Assembly (NCBI GenBank): GCA_963845245.1
Contig: CAWJRJ010000021.1
Coordinates: 64,001 to 128,000, forward strand
DNA length: 64,000 nucleotides
From: Nitrospirota bacterium
Lineage (GTDB): Bacteria; Nitrospirota; JACRHJ01
Direction of reading: 5' to 3'
The notes below the pieces were generated by a model, which ran no database searches, was not told where the DNA came from, and saw only the letters and a program-made list of their open reading frames with translations. Both the position numbers and the translations under genes were made by a program. Below are positions 21,514 through 31,887 of the stretch, piece by piece. Within the stretch, counting starts at the first letter, position 1, and every line of letters begins with the position of its first letter.

Positions 21514-23068
21514 TTACTTCGCGTACTCGACGTAACGGGCTTCCCTTATCACGGTGACCCTTATCTGGCCGGGATACGCCATCTCTTCTTCGATCTTCTT
21601 CGCTATCTCCCTGGAGATATGGGCGGCTGATACGTCGTCCACATCCTCGGGCTTTACTATCACGCGTATCTCGCGGCCTGCCTGAATTGCGAAACACTTC
21701 TCGACGCCGGGGAACGAGGTGGCTACCTCTTCGAGCTTTTCGAGGCGTTTTACGTATGTCTCAAGCGTCTCGCGCCTTGCGCCCGGCCTTGCAGCCGATA
21801 GGGCGTCCGCAGCCGCCACGAGCACGGACTCGACACAGGTGAATTCCACGTCGCCGTGATGTGCCATAATGGCGTTTAATACCTTGGCATTCTCTCCGTA
21901 CTTCTTGGCAAGGTCAAACCCGATGCTGGCGTGCGTGCCTTCGATCTCGTGGTCTACAGCCTTGCCCAGGTCGTGCAGAAGACCCGCGCGCTTGGCGAGC
22001 TTTACGTCCACGCCGAGTTCAGCCGCCATGACGCCCGCGAGGAATGCGACCTCCCTTGAGTGCATGAGCACGTTCTGGCCGTAGCTGGTGCGGTACTTGA
22101 GCCTGCCCAGGAGCTTTATAACGTCCGGGTGTATGCCGTGGAGCGTAAGGTCGAAGGCAGCCTTCTCGCCTTCCTCACGCATTGTTTCGTCCAGTTCCTT
22201 ACGTACCTTGTCAACGACTTCTTCTATACGGCCCGGGATGTATGCGTCCGTCCGCCATGAGCCGCTCGATGGATTGGCGTGCGATCTCTCTGCGTACGGG
22301 GTCGAAGCCTGATACTATTACGGCCTGCGGCGTGTCGTCGATTATGAGGTCTATGCCGGTCGCGGCCTCGAGCGCACGGATGTTCCTGCCCTCGCGGCCT
22401 ATTATGCGGCCCTTCATCTCGTCGTTGGGGAGGTTGACCAGGGATACGGTGGTCTCGGCCACGTAGTCGCTGGCGTAACGCTGGATGGCAAGCGCCATTA
22501 TGTCCTTGGACTTCTTGTCCGCAGTGGCCTTGGATTCGTCCTCTATGCGCTTTATCATCTTGGCGCCTTCGTGGGTGGCCTCCTCCTCCATGCGCAGGAG
22601 CAGCTCCCTCTTGGCGTCCTCGGAGCTCATCCCGGCGATACGCTCAAGCTGCCTTACCTGCTCAAGTATGCCGTCCTCGTACTTCTTTTCCTTTTCAAGC
22701 AGGACATTCTCGCGGTTTGCGAGGTCCTTTTCCTTTTTCAGGATGTCCGAATCCCTCTTGTCGAACTGTTCGGACTTCTTGTCGAGATGTTCCTCTTTCT
22801 GGACGAGGCGTTTCTCTGAGGCGTTAAGCTCGGTACGCCTGTCTTTTATCTCCTTCTCGAAGTCCGAACGCTGCTGGTAGAGCTTGTCCTTCGCTTCGAG
22901 AAGCAGTTCCTTCTTCTTCGTCTCGGCGTCGCGTTCCGCGTCCTTCAGCATCCTCTTGGCCTGCTCTTCGGCATCTTTTATCTTGGATTCCGCCATCCCC
23001 CGCTTTATCAGCATGCCGATCGCAAGGCCGACAACCCCAGCCACCGCTATCCAAATGTAATCAACATA
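21514..23068 (-). CDS. rny: Ribonuclease Y (frameshifts near 22200-22230; start approximate)
   Basis: N-terminal TM, coiled coil, KH motif [18 protein letters not shown] domain [33 protein letters not shown]. Confidence 0.95.
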
Positions 23069-23094
23069 ATAACTGAGCCCTCCCGTTTTGATAT

Positions 23095-24414
23095 TTATAC
23101 TGGTTTTGTTCCATCCGTAGTCTTCAGTCCTGCAAGTCTACTGCTTATCTCTTTTTCATATCCAACGTCTGCCGGCCTGTAAAATGACTTTTTCACAGGC
23201 AGGTATTCCTGTTCTACCCAATGCCCCGGGTAATCGTGCGGGTACTTGTAGCCCTTGCCGTGCCCGAGCCTCCCAGCCCCTTTGTAGCTGGCGTCGCGCA
23301 GGTGGTCGGGGACGGGCATGACGGCCCCGTCTTCGATCGTCCTCAGCGCCTCGTTTACGGCAACGTACGACGCGTTGGACTTCGGTGCGCAGGCCACGTA
23401 GATGGCCGCCTGCGCCAGCGGTATCCTGCCCTCCGGCATCCCGATGTGTTCGAGCGCGTGAAGGGCCGAGACCGCGACGCCCAGCGCCGCCGGGTCGGCG
23501 TTGCCCACGTCCTCCGAGGCCGCTATTATTATGCGCCTCGCAACGAACAGCGGGTCCTCGCCCGCATAGAGCATCTTCGACATCCAGTAGATCGCCGCAT
23601 CAGGGTCGCTGCCCCTCATGCTCTTTATGAACGCGGAAATGGTGTCGTAGTGCTCGTCCTCCTCGTATACGACCGCCTTCTTCTGAATGGACTCCTCGGC
23701 GACGCCGAGGGTGAACCTGATAACCCCGTCGTTGCCTGGAGGGGTGGTCAGGATGCCTATCTCAAGGGCGTTCAGCGCCCTTCGCGCATCCCCTGCGGAG
23801 CTTGATACGATAAATTCCACGGCCGCATCGTCCAGGGCGACCTTATAGGCGCCCATGCCGCGCTCAGTGTCGCTAAGCGCGCGCGCAATGAGCGTACGAA
23901 GCGCATCGCCGTCAAGCGGCCTGAGTTCAAAAATGCGGGAACGGGAGGAAAGGGCGGGTATTACCGAGAAAAACGGGTTTGCCGTGGAAGCGCCGATAAG
24001 GATTATGGCGCCCCTCTCGACGTCCGGCAGGAGCGCGTCCTGCTGGGATTTGTTGAAACGGTGTATCTCGTCTATGAAAAGGATTGTTTTTCTGCCGCTT
24101 GAACGGACTTCTTTATCTGCGGCGGCGGTGACCCTGCGGATGTCCGCCACTCCGGAGGTGACAGCATTTATGGGCTCGAAGAGCGCCTTTGTCCTGCCGG
24201 CGATGACGTGCGCAAGCGCGGTCTTGCCGCAGCCTGGTGGGCCATAGAGGATGAGCGAGCTTATCCTGTCGGCTTCGATGGCGCGGCGTAGAAGCTTCCC
24301 TGGGCCGAGTATATGCTCCTGGCCCACGAACTCGTCAAGCTCCCGTGGCCTCATACGCCATGCCAGAGGCGCGTTTTCTGCGTCTTTTCGGGCGAGGCCG
24401 AACAAATCAGGCAT
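23095..24414 (-). CDS. rarA: Replication-associated recombination protein A (AAA+ ATPase)
   Basis: [59 protein letters not shown]. Confidence 0.96.
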   Translation of the reverse strand: MPDLFGLARKDAENAPLAWRMRPRELDEFVGQEHILGPGKLLRRAIEADRISSLILYGPPGCGKTALAHVIAGRTKALFEPINAVTSGVADIRRVTAAADKEVRSSGRKTILFIDEIHRFNKSQQDALLPDVERGAIILIGASTANPFFSVIPALSSRSRIFELRPLDGDALRTLIARALSDTERGMGAYKVALDDAAVEFIVSSSAGDARRALNALEIGILTTPPGNDGVIRFTLGVAEESIQKKAVVYEEDEHYDTISAFIKSMRGSDPDAAIYWMSKMLYAGEDPLFVARRIIIAASEDVGNADPAALGVAVSALHALEHIGMPEGRIPLAQAAIYVACAPKSNASYVAVNEALRTIEDGAVMPVPDHLRDASYKGAGRLGHGKGYKYPHDYPGHWVEQEYLPVKKSFYRPADVGYEKEISSRLAGLKTTDGTKPV

Positions 24415-24774
24415 GATAAGCCTTAACTAGTGCAAAAAGGATTGACGACTTAGGAATAGCTTTGGGAGAGGCTAAAAAAGCGGAAATCTCCGGCCCGGGG
24501 ACCGGTATGCAGTTTGGGCGCGCAAATATGGAGGAGCCCCCCCTGTAGGAGGACTAAAATAGAACAAAAGACCCCTCTCGGCTTTAATGGTGCAAAAAGC
24601 CAAATTATAAACGGCAGGACCGGCCCACTCCAGTCTGGAGACGACCGCTGAAAGAAGCAATAAGAGGACGGCCATGCCGGCGCTAAACCCAAAAGACATC
24701 ATTTCAACCTTTAAAACCATTCCGTTAGCTTTATTCCCGGGGGACCGTATAAGACCGGTTCCCCGCTTGAATTC

Positions 24775-24951
24775 AACCCCCGCCGACTGCCGTGTTGGAG
24801 TATTTTTTGAGCCTGGCTGTCACCAGGTGGGTGCCAGGTCGGAAGGTTCAGGCTTCCCCGAAGGGCATGCACACCCCTTCCTGTTTCCCAGCTCCCTATT
24901 TAATAGCGTTGGTCAAAAAAAGCTCCATAATCACAAACAGGGCAGGGGAAC
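24775..24951 (-). ncRNA. ssrS: 6S RNA
   Basis: ~177-nt rod with pairing ends (CCCCTGCC/GGCGGGGG) immediately downstream of zapA, the usual position; internal segments GACCAAC..AGGGAGC..GTGTGCATGCC..GGAAGCCTGAA..GCACCCACCTG resemble deltaproteobacterial 6S. Confidence 0.85.
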
Positions 24952-25015
24952 CCTATACTCTAACCCTGTAACACCTATAACATACTGCAAACAAGGCAAA
25001 AATTCAAGAAAAAAA

Positions 25016-25294
25016 TCATTCTCCGCCGAGCATATCGAAGAGGTCCCCGGTCTTCTTTTCGACCATCTCCTCAACCTTGCGCTGGCGGTTCCGAAGCCGG
25101 AAAATTTCGTCCGCCATGTTGACCGCGGCGAGTACCGCTATCCTCTGGGCGCTGACGGTCGACGGGCTCCTCAGGGCGAGCGCACGCATCTTTTCGTCCA
25201 CGAACCGGGCAAGCTGCCTTACGTATTCCGGGTCGGCATCTCCCTTGATCGAATATGTGCCGCCGAATATCTCGACGTCAACACTCTTGGTCAT
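25016..25294 (-). CDS. zapA: Cell division protein ZapA
   Basis: VDVEIFGGTYSIKG..EYVRQLARFVDEKM..IAVLAAVNMADE. Confidence 0.92.
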   Translation of the reverse strand: MTKSVDVEIFGGTYSIKGDADPEYVRQLARFVDEKMRALALRSPSTVSAQRIAVLAAVNMADEIFRLRNRQRKVEEMVEKKTGDLFDMLGGE

Positions 25295-25524
25295 GCTGTA
25301 AGGCCCTCGATACCCTGTATGATGTTTTCCAGGCGCTCGCGCACCTGGTCCCTCTCCTTGCGCAGAAGGGCCGCCTCTTCTTCCACGGCTTTCTTCGCAT
25401 CAAGCACGGAACCAAGGCGTGTAACCTCTTCTTCCAGCATGTTTTTTTCTTCCTTAAGCTCCTTTACAAGCTCGATAATTTTTGATATTCTCTGTTCCAG
25501 TGCGTCTATCTTTTCAAGGGACAT
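25291..25524 (-). CDS. zapB: ZapB-like coiled-coil protein
   Basis: MSLEKIDALEQRISKIIELVKELKEEK heptads; overlaps the zapA start. Confidence 0.75.
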   Translation of the reverse strand: MSLEKIDALEQRISKIIELVKELKEEKNMLEEEVTRLGSVLDAKKAVEEEAALLRKERDQVRERLENIIQGIEGLTA

Positions 25525-25560
25525 ATTCTTAACTCCTTTGGTAGGTGAATAAACAAGACC

Positions 25561-25589
25561 ATTATCTTTCAGGCTGGCACGCATGTCAA
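25561..25589 (-). promoter_or_regulatory. Sigma70-type promoter for zapB-zapA
   Basis: TTGACA-17 bp-GATAAT on the minus strand. Confidence 0.65.
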
Positions 25590-25662
25590 GGTTTTTTGCC
25601 CCTGTTTTTTGGCCAACAAAGCGGTTTTATCGATATTTTTTTCTCATTTAGTAAAATGATAG

Positions 25663-25691
25663 TTGACAAAGGTAATTGATTTGAATAAACT
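25663..25691 (+). promoter_or_regulatory. Sigma70-type promoter
   Basis: TTGACA-17 bp-TAAACT upstream of the small lipoprotein. Confidence 0.65.
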
Positions 25692-25749
25692 CTTTAGAAC
25701 TCGCAAGTGCGGGTGATTTTATAGACCATAATGAAAGGAGAAAAAAAAG

Positions 25750-25935
25750 ATGAAGATGAAGACGATCGCAGCTTTATTGGTTTCTGGTGCCCTTATGTTC
25801 TCCCTCGCCGCCTGCGGCAAGAAGGAAGAAGCGCCTGCGCCCGCGCCCGCGCCCGCTCCTGCTACCACTCCGGCTCCGGCAATGGGTGGCGCAACAACAG
25901 CAGCACCTGCTGCAACACCTGCTCCGGCTAAGTAA
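25750..25935 (+). CDS. Small Pro/Ala-rich lipoprotein
   Basis: AAAGGAG RBS; lipobox LAAC; KKEEAPAPAPAPAP low-complexity tail. Confidence 0.8.
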   Translation: MKMKTIAALLVSGALMFSLAACGKKEEAPAPAPAPAPATTPAPAMGGATTAAPAATPAPAK

Positions 25936-25955
25936 GAAGTTCTCTCTAAAAGAGA

Positions 25956-26303
25956 ATGGTTTTGAAAAAAAGGCTGGGTATCTTATTATTGTTCGCGGCG
26001 CTGGTTTCCGGTCCCGCCTGCTCTAAAGGCGGCGGACAGGGAGGGGGCGAAGCGGCAAAGGTCGTTGACGGCAAGGCAGTTTTCGATAGATACTGTGCTT
26101 CCTGTCATAAAGGCGGCGGAAACGTCGTGAATCCTGTCAAGACGCTTTCGCGCTCTGACAGGGAGGCCAACGGGATCAATAGTCCCGGCGACATAGAAAA
26201 AATAATAAGGAACCCCGGTCCGGGTATGCCGAAGTTCGACCAGAGCGCAATCTCTGACGATGAGGCAAAAGCTTTAGCCGAATACGTATTCAGCACTTTT
26301 TAA
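25956..26303 (+). CDS. Monoheme cytochrome c6-like lipoprotein
   Basis: CASCH; GGNVVNPVKTL; NPGPGMPKF with likely axial Met; Cys after signal (GPAC). Confidence 0.87.
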   Translation: MVLKKRLGILLLFAALVSGPACSKGGGQGGGEAAKVVDGKAVFDRYCASCHKGGGNVVNPVKTLSRSDREANGINSPGDIEKIIRNPGPGMPKFDQSAISDDEAKALAEYVFSTF

Positions 26304-26321
26304 CTGTTAGGCCAGTAGTTT

Positions 26322-26351
26322 AAAAAGCCCGTCTTAATGACGGGCTTTTTT
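26322..26351 (+). terminator. Intrinsic terminator
   Basis: AAAAAGCCCGTC-ttaat-GACGGGCTTTTT. Confidence 0.85.
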
Positions 26352-26419
26352 ATTTTCCAAAAGTTGACGCCACGGGCGGATTTGATATACTTCAAGGATT
26401 ATAAACTTGGGAGGTAATC

Positions 26420-26750
26420 ATGAAAAAGTTAGCTGTGCTTGTGATGGCCGGGCTGTTCGCGGTATCGGCCGCTGCCGCATCCGCCGACACCCCCAAAGGT
26501 GCCAAGATCGACGGAAAGAAAGAGTTCATGGAACACTGCAACGCCTGTCACGCAAACGGCGGGAACATCATCAACCCCAAGAAGACCCTGAAAAAGGCCG
26601 ACCGGGAAGCAAACGGGATAAAGAAGCCTGCGGACATCGCTGAAGCTCGTCCGCAACCCCGGCCCAGGCATGACCAAGTTCGACACCAAGACCCTCTCGG
26701 ACAAAGAGGCGAAGGCGGTAGCCGACTACATCATGAAGACGTTTAAATAG
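26420..26750 (+). CDS. Periplasmic monoheme cytochrome c6-like protein (frameshift near 26640)
   Basis: GGAGG RBS; signal; CNACH; shifted frame LVRNPGPGMTKFDTKTLSDKEAKAVADYIMKTFK; paralog of 25956-26303. Confidence 0.87.
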
Positions 26751-26767
26751 AGAACTTATATTTAAAA

Positions 26768-26797
26768 GAGCCCGCCCTAAACAGGCGGGCTTTTTTA
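26768..26797 (+). terminator. Intrinsic terminator
   Basis: AGCCCGCC-ctaaaca-GGCGGGCT followed by a T-tract. Confidence 0.85.
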
Positions 26798-26930
26798 TGA
26801 CCATCCTGCACCCATCACTTCTTGCGCCATTTTTTGTCCCTTGATTTACTCATACATCCCTGTATAATGCCTCAACGGCCTATCTCCAGAAACATGGCTT
26901 ATTTTATTCTTTTTCTTAAGGAACAGGGCT

Positions 26931-27455
26931 ATGGATACCACGTCTGTTGTACCAGCGGAGAGGATTGAGCGGTCGATCTTTTTGATCCGTGGGCATAAGG
27001 TCATGCTGGACTTTGATTTGGCGGACATTTACGGCGTGACGACCAAGCGCCTGAATGAGCAAGTCAAAAGAAACCTGGACCGTTTCCCGGAAGACTTTAT
27101 GTTTCAGCTGACATATCAAGAGTTTGCAATCTTGAGGTCGCAAATTGCGACCTCAAGTTGGGGCGGGAAAAGACATATACCTTACGCATTTACTGAGCAT
27201 GGGACTGTGATGCTTGCCAGCGTGTTAAACAGCCCTGTCGCCGTGAATGCCAGCGTGCAGGTCGTACGCGCTTTTGTACGGTTGCGCAAGTTACTTTCTT
27301 CTCATACGGAGCTTGCGCGCAAACTAAATGCGCTTGAGAATAAATACGATACACAGTTCAGAGAGGTATTCAAGGTTATACGCGAGTTGATGCAGCCTGA
27401 CGGAACCTCCAAGCGGCGGAAGATAGGGTTTCGTCGCGATGGGGGAGAGGTTTAA
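26931..27455 (+). CDS. ORF6N-domain DNA-binding protein
   Basis: IRGHKVMLDFDLADIYGVTTKRLNEQVKRNLDRFPEDFMFQLT..PYAFTEHG..RRKIGF. Confidence 0.92.
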   Translation: MDTTSVVPAERIERSIFLIRGHKVMLDFDLADIYGVTTKRLNEQVKRNLDRFPEDFMFQLTYQEFAILRSQIATSSWGGKRHIPYAFTEHGTVMLASVLNSPVAVNASVQVVRAFVRLRKLLSSHTELARKLNALENKYDTQFREVFKVIRELMQPDGTSKRRKIGFRRDGGEV

Positions 27456-27524
27456 ACCCGTGCGCCGCAACGCATAAAAAGCTTTCGATGAAGCGTTCTC
27501 GGACTTTGAGGCAAAGGGAGGGAA

Positions 27525-28913
27525 ATGAAAAAAATCCTCGCTACAGTGGTGTTGGGTTTACTGCTTATCATACCCGAAATCATTTCGCTTGCTGAAAATT
27601 CTGCGCCTGATAAGGAGATTAAGCGGGAAGTCATATTGACTACAAATCCTGGCCCATATGGTTCCGTAGTCTACAGCCCTGACGGAAAACTCATTGCCGT
27701 TCCGGGTGATAAAAATGAAATTATCATCCTCAATGCCGCCTCTCGTAAACCAATAAAAACTCTCAATGGTCATGTAGGGAATGTCTATGCTCTTGATTTC
27801 AGTCCTGATGGTAAATACTTGGCGTCCGGTGGAGAGGATGGATCTTTAATTTTGTGGAGTATTGATGGAAGAATCCTTGATAAAATTACATTCAAAGATG
27901 CAGGTGCTTTAGGTTTTACTGATGTCAAATTCAGTCCGGACGGTGACAAGCTTGTTGCGGTAACTTATAATTTAGTCGTCATAATGGATATTAGATCAGG
28001 GAAAGAAATCATCAATAAATTATATCGCTATCAAGAGAACTTTATCCGTTCGATGTCCTTTAATAATGACGGGTCAAAATTGGCATTAGGTATTCAGGAT
28101 AATAAAACTAATTTGAAAATTTTATCTATTTCAGATGGGAAATTTCTAATTTCTGTGGATGGGGATAAGCTATGCCTTCATCCTCATATTGAAAAAATTA
28201 CATCGGTTAAATTTACTCCCGATGGGACGAAAGTAGTTGCCTATTCATTTAATCACTCAACGCAAGTGTTGGACGCTTCTAGTGGGAAAATTCTTTGGCG
28301 GATAAAAAACTTCAACTCCAATATCAAAAGCAAATGCGATGTTTGCCATCCGCCTCATGATGGCGGAAAAGATTCGTTGGATCCATTATGGACTCATTCA
28401 AGGGGAGCTCATTCTTTTGATATTAGTAGGGATGGGAAAATGCTTTCAACAGGTAGCAAGGATAAGACGATAATAATTCGAGATGTTGATACTGGTAAAA
28501 GGTTGAAAACTTTTCCCAATATGTCTTCGACTGCAATTATTTTATCGATGGCCTTCAGCCCTGATAGCAAGGAAGTTGCTGTTTTAATACTTGACAGTAA
28601 CATACGTTCAATCCCGGACTCTTTTCGTATAAAGCAGGACGCGCAAGCCCGAAACAGCCAAAGTAAGTTAACTTTTTATAATAAATTATTGTTCTATAAT
28701 TTAAACGAAGATAGTTGTTCTTCAGAAATTCAAAATAGAATTTTAGACTTAACTGAGGAGAGGGATACAAAAATCAACATTGCATATTCAACCAAACCAG
28801 AATATGAAGCAACCGCAGAGGAAGAACGTCTGATGAAAGAATACGACGCCCTTATCGAGAAAGAGAAGAAGGCGTTTGAGCAAAAGACAAAGGGCGCTGC
28901 CCCTGCCCAGTAA
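27525..28913 (+). CDS. Secreted WD40-repeat protein with one CxxCH motif; AT-rich gene
   Basis: Signal peptide; GHVGNVYALDFSPDGKYLASGGEDGSLILW and further blades; SKCDVCHPPH. Confidence 0.85.
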   Translation: MKKILATVVLGLLLIIPEIISLAENSAPDKEIKREVILTTNPGPYGSVVYSPDGKLIAVPGDKNEIIILNAASRKPIKTLNGHVGNVYALDFSPDGKYLASGGEDGSLILWSIDGRILDKITFKDAGALGFTDVKFSPDGDKLVAVTYNLVVIMDIRSGKEIINKLYRYQENFIRSMSFNNDGSKLALGIQDNKTNLKILSISDGKFLISVDGDKLCLHPHIEKITSVKFTPDGTKVVAYSFNHSTQVLDASSGKILWRIKNFNSNIKSKCDVCHPPHDGGKDSLDPLWTHSRGAHSFDISRDGKMLSTGSKDKTIIIRDVDTGKRLKTFPNMSSTAIILSMAFSPDSKEVAVLILDSNIRSIPDSFRIKQDAQARNSQSKLTFYNKLLFYNLNEDSCSSEIQNRILDLTEERDTKINIAYSTKPEYEATAEEERLMKEYDALIEKEKKAFEQKTKGAAPAQ

Positions 28914-28927
28914 AGGTGCCCCGCTCC

Positions 28928-30372
28928 TCACGCCCCCATGAACGAACTTATCAAATCAAGCAGCCTGCCCGGTAGCACACCCAGATAAATCACGACGGCC
29001 ACTATGACGGCAAGCCCCGCCTGCCCTGCAAAGTCGAGCGACGGAACGGGATGTGTCTCATCTTCCGTCAGCTCGTCGCCCCGCATGTACAGGTACACCA
29101 CCACCCTCAGATAATAGAAGACGGATATGATCGCGGTTATGATACCCAGGATGGAGAGGTTCACGTAACCGGCCTTCATGCCTGAGTAGAAGATGCCGAA
29201 CTTGCCGATGAACCCGGCGGTCGGGGGCAGGCCCGCAAGGGATATCAGGCAGATAGCGAGCACGAAGCTCCGATAAGGGTGTGTGTACCCGAGGCCACGC
29301 AGTGCGGTAATGTCGCCAAGGTCGCGTTCCTTGCCGGAGAATGCCGCCACCGCGCCGAATGCGCCCAGGTCCATCAGCAATGTATGCGATGAGGTAGAAG
29401 ACGGCTTGCGTGCCGCCGACGGCAGGGGCGGAGATTACCGCGAGCAGGACGTATCCCATCTGCGCGATGGAGGAATAGGCGAGCAGCCTCTTTATGTTGT
29501 CCTGGGTAAGCGCCGCAACGTTGCCGAACACCATGGTGGCGGCCGAGATGGCCCAGAGGGCCGGTACGAGCGATGCCCAGCCGGGTTTGCTCAGAAGTGC
29601 AAGCTTTATGAACAGGGCAAAGACGGAGGCCTTGGACATGGTGGACAGGAACGCCACCACGGGCGCGGGGCCGCCCTCGTAGACGTCCGGCGCCCAGAAG
29701 TGGAACGGGAAGAGAGAGGTCTTGAAGCCCAGGCCGACGATAAGCATCGCCCAGCCCGCAAGCCCGACCGGGTTTATCCTGCCGCCTGAAGGATATCGCA
29801 GACATAGAGCCGGAAAGAGACAGTGTGCCCGTCTGCGCATAGATCAGCGAGAGGCCGTAGGCGAAAAACGCGGTGGATATCGCGCCGACCACGAGGTATT
29901 TCAGCCCCGCCTCGCCGGAGAGGGCGTCTGACTTGTTGGAGGCCAGCAGTACGTAGAACGCGAGCGACATGCTCTCAAGGCCTAGGAATACCCCAAGCAG
30001 GCTGTTCGAGGAGGCGAGCAGGGACATCCCGAAGGCGGCGAACAGCACAAGGGCCGGGTACTCCTCGTTCCCAAGGTTCCTCCTGCCGCAGTATCCACGT
30101 GAGAGCAGCAGGACGAGGACGGCGGAGAAAGACGCCGCCGCCGTGAAGAACCTGCCGAAGCTGTCAGGCTGTATGAAACCCCCGACAGAGGTTACGGACG
30201 GAACGTAGAACGCGGCCGCAAGCCCCGCGGCAAGCGCCAGCGCAGCCCCTAGCATGTTCAGGGCCTTGGGGCCGATATCCGAAGCGAACGCCCCCAGCAA
30301 CAGGACAAACACCGCCCCTAGTGCGAGTATGTCATACGGGAGAAGCGCTGCTATGTCGTTCAGGCTAATTAT
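28928..30372 (-). CDS. nuoN: NADH-quinone oxidoreductase subunit N (frameshifts; start codon unclear)
   Basis: EAGLKYLVVG, GFKTSLFPFHFWAPDVYEG, KRLLAYSSIAQMGY, SLAGLPPTAGFIGKF. Confidence 0.92.
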
Positions 30373-31887
30373 AATGCGCCTCCATTTAAAGCCCTGCGGT
30401 GCGGGCAGCGGCCCCCACGAGGTCCCTGACCGGGCCCTGTATCTGTCTCAACAGTATGGCCGGGTATACGCCTATTACCACCACCAGAAACGCAAGCGGG
30501 ACCAGTACGGTCAGTTCTCTTGCCGACAGGTCTGTCATGCCGGGTTCCAGTACGCTTTGGCCTTGTGGCCCGAACAGCACGTTCTGGGCGAGCCTCAAAA
30601 GATATATCAACCCCGCTACCAGCCCGGCGAATGCCGCCGCGGCGATGTACGGGTGCGCGCGGAAGAGTCCGACGAGTATCAGGAACTCGCCCGTGAAGTT
30701 GTTGAGCCCCGGGAGCCCGAGGGATGAGAGGATGAACAACAGGAAGAAGGCCGAAAATGCCGGGGCCTTCGACCATAGCCCGCCGAAGCCGCTTATGTCC
30801 CTCGTATGCGCGCGTTCGTCCAGCATCCCGACCATTATGAATAGCGCCGCCGTCGAGATGCCGTGGTTCACCATCTGGAGCACCGAGCCCGCGAGAGACA
30901 CCTCGTTCCAGGCCGCTATGCCGATCACCACGTAGGCAAGGTGCGAGACGCTTGAATATGCCACCAGCCTCTTCATGTCGGTTTGGGCGAACGCTATCCA
31001 TGAAGCGTAGAATATGCCGATTATGCCGACAGTGAAAAGAACCGGAAGGAAGGCGGCCGCCGCCTGGGGGAACAACGGGAAGGCGAACCGCAGTATACCG
31101 TATGTGCCGGTTTTGAGCAGCAGGCCCGCGAGTATCACGCTGCCAGCGGTCGGCGCGTCGGTGTGCGCGTCCGGCAGCCATGTGTGCAGCGGGAATATGG
31201 GTACTTTTACGGCGAAGCCCAGCAGGAAACCCGGAAAAAAGAACCAGGGAAACCGGGAAGGATAACTGTGTGCCGACCAGCCTGTCAAGCGCGAAGGTGT
31301 AGTCGCCAGTCTGGCTCCCGTGGATAACATAAAGACCTATGATCGAGAGGAGCATGAAGAGGCTTCCGGTAACCGTGAATATCAGGAACTTGACCGCCGA
31401 GTATATGCGCCTGCCGTGTCCCCAGACGCCTATCAGGAAGAACATGGGTATCAGCATTACCTCCCAGAAGAGGTAGAACAGGAAAAGGTCGGTCGACTAA
31501 AAATACGCCCAGCACGCCCGTCTCGAGCACCAGCAGCATCGCATGGAAGAGGGGGACCTTCGTCTTCACGGAGCGCCAGGAGACGATAACTGACAGCAAA
31601 AAGAGTAATGCGGTAAGGTTGACCAGCAGCAGGCTTATCCCGTCCATGCCCAGGCTGAACCTCATGCCGTACCGGTCCACCCACGGCAGGTCGATTGCAA
31701 GAAACCAGCGGCCCGGCCCGGCGTATCCCTTCAAGAGAACCCAATAAAGCACAATGCTGATGACAAGCTCCGCGCCCGTCACCATAAGCGCAAGTATCCT
31801 GCAAACGCGCTCGCTCTTTTCAAAAAGAATAAGTACGGCGGTCAATACCGGCAGAAAAAGCATGTATATTAAGAAGCCAGAGTACAT
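30369..31887 (-). CDS. nuoM: NADH-quinone oxidoreductase subunit M (frameshifts)
   Basis: LGMDGISL, LIPMFFLIGVWG, FAVKVPIFPLHTWLPDAH, SLGLPGLNNFTGEF. Confidence 0.93.

Noticed and set aside
24674..25552. 292-aa plus-strand ORF
   Set aside because: Antisense shadow of 6S RNA, zapA and zapB
26931..27455. Prophage, suggested by the ORF6N gene
   Set aside because: No integrase, structural genes or att sites nearby; ORF6N genes often occur alone
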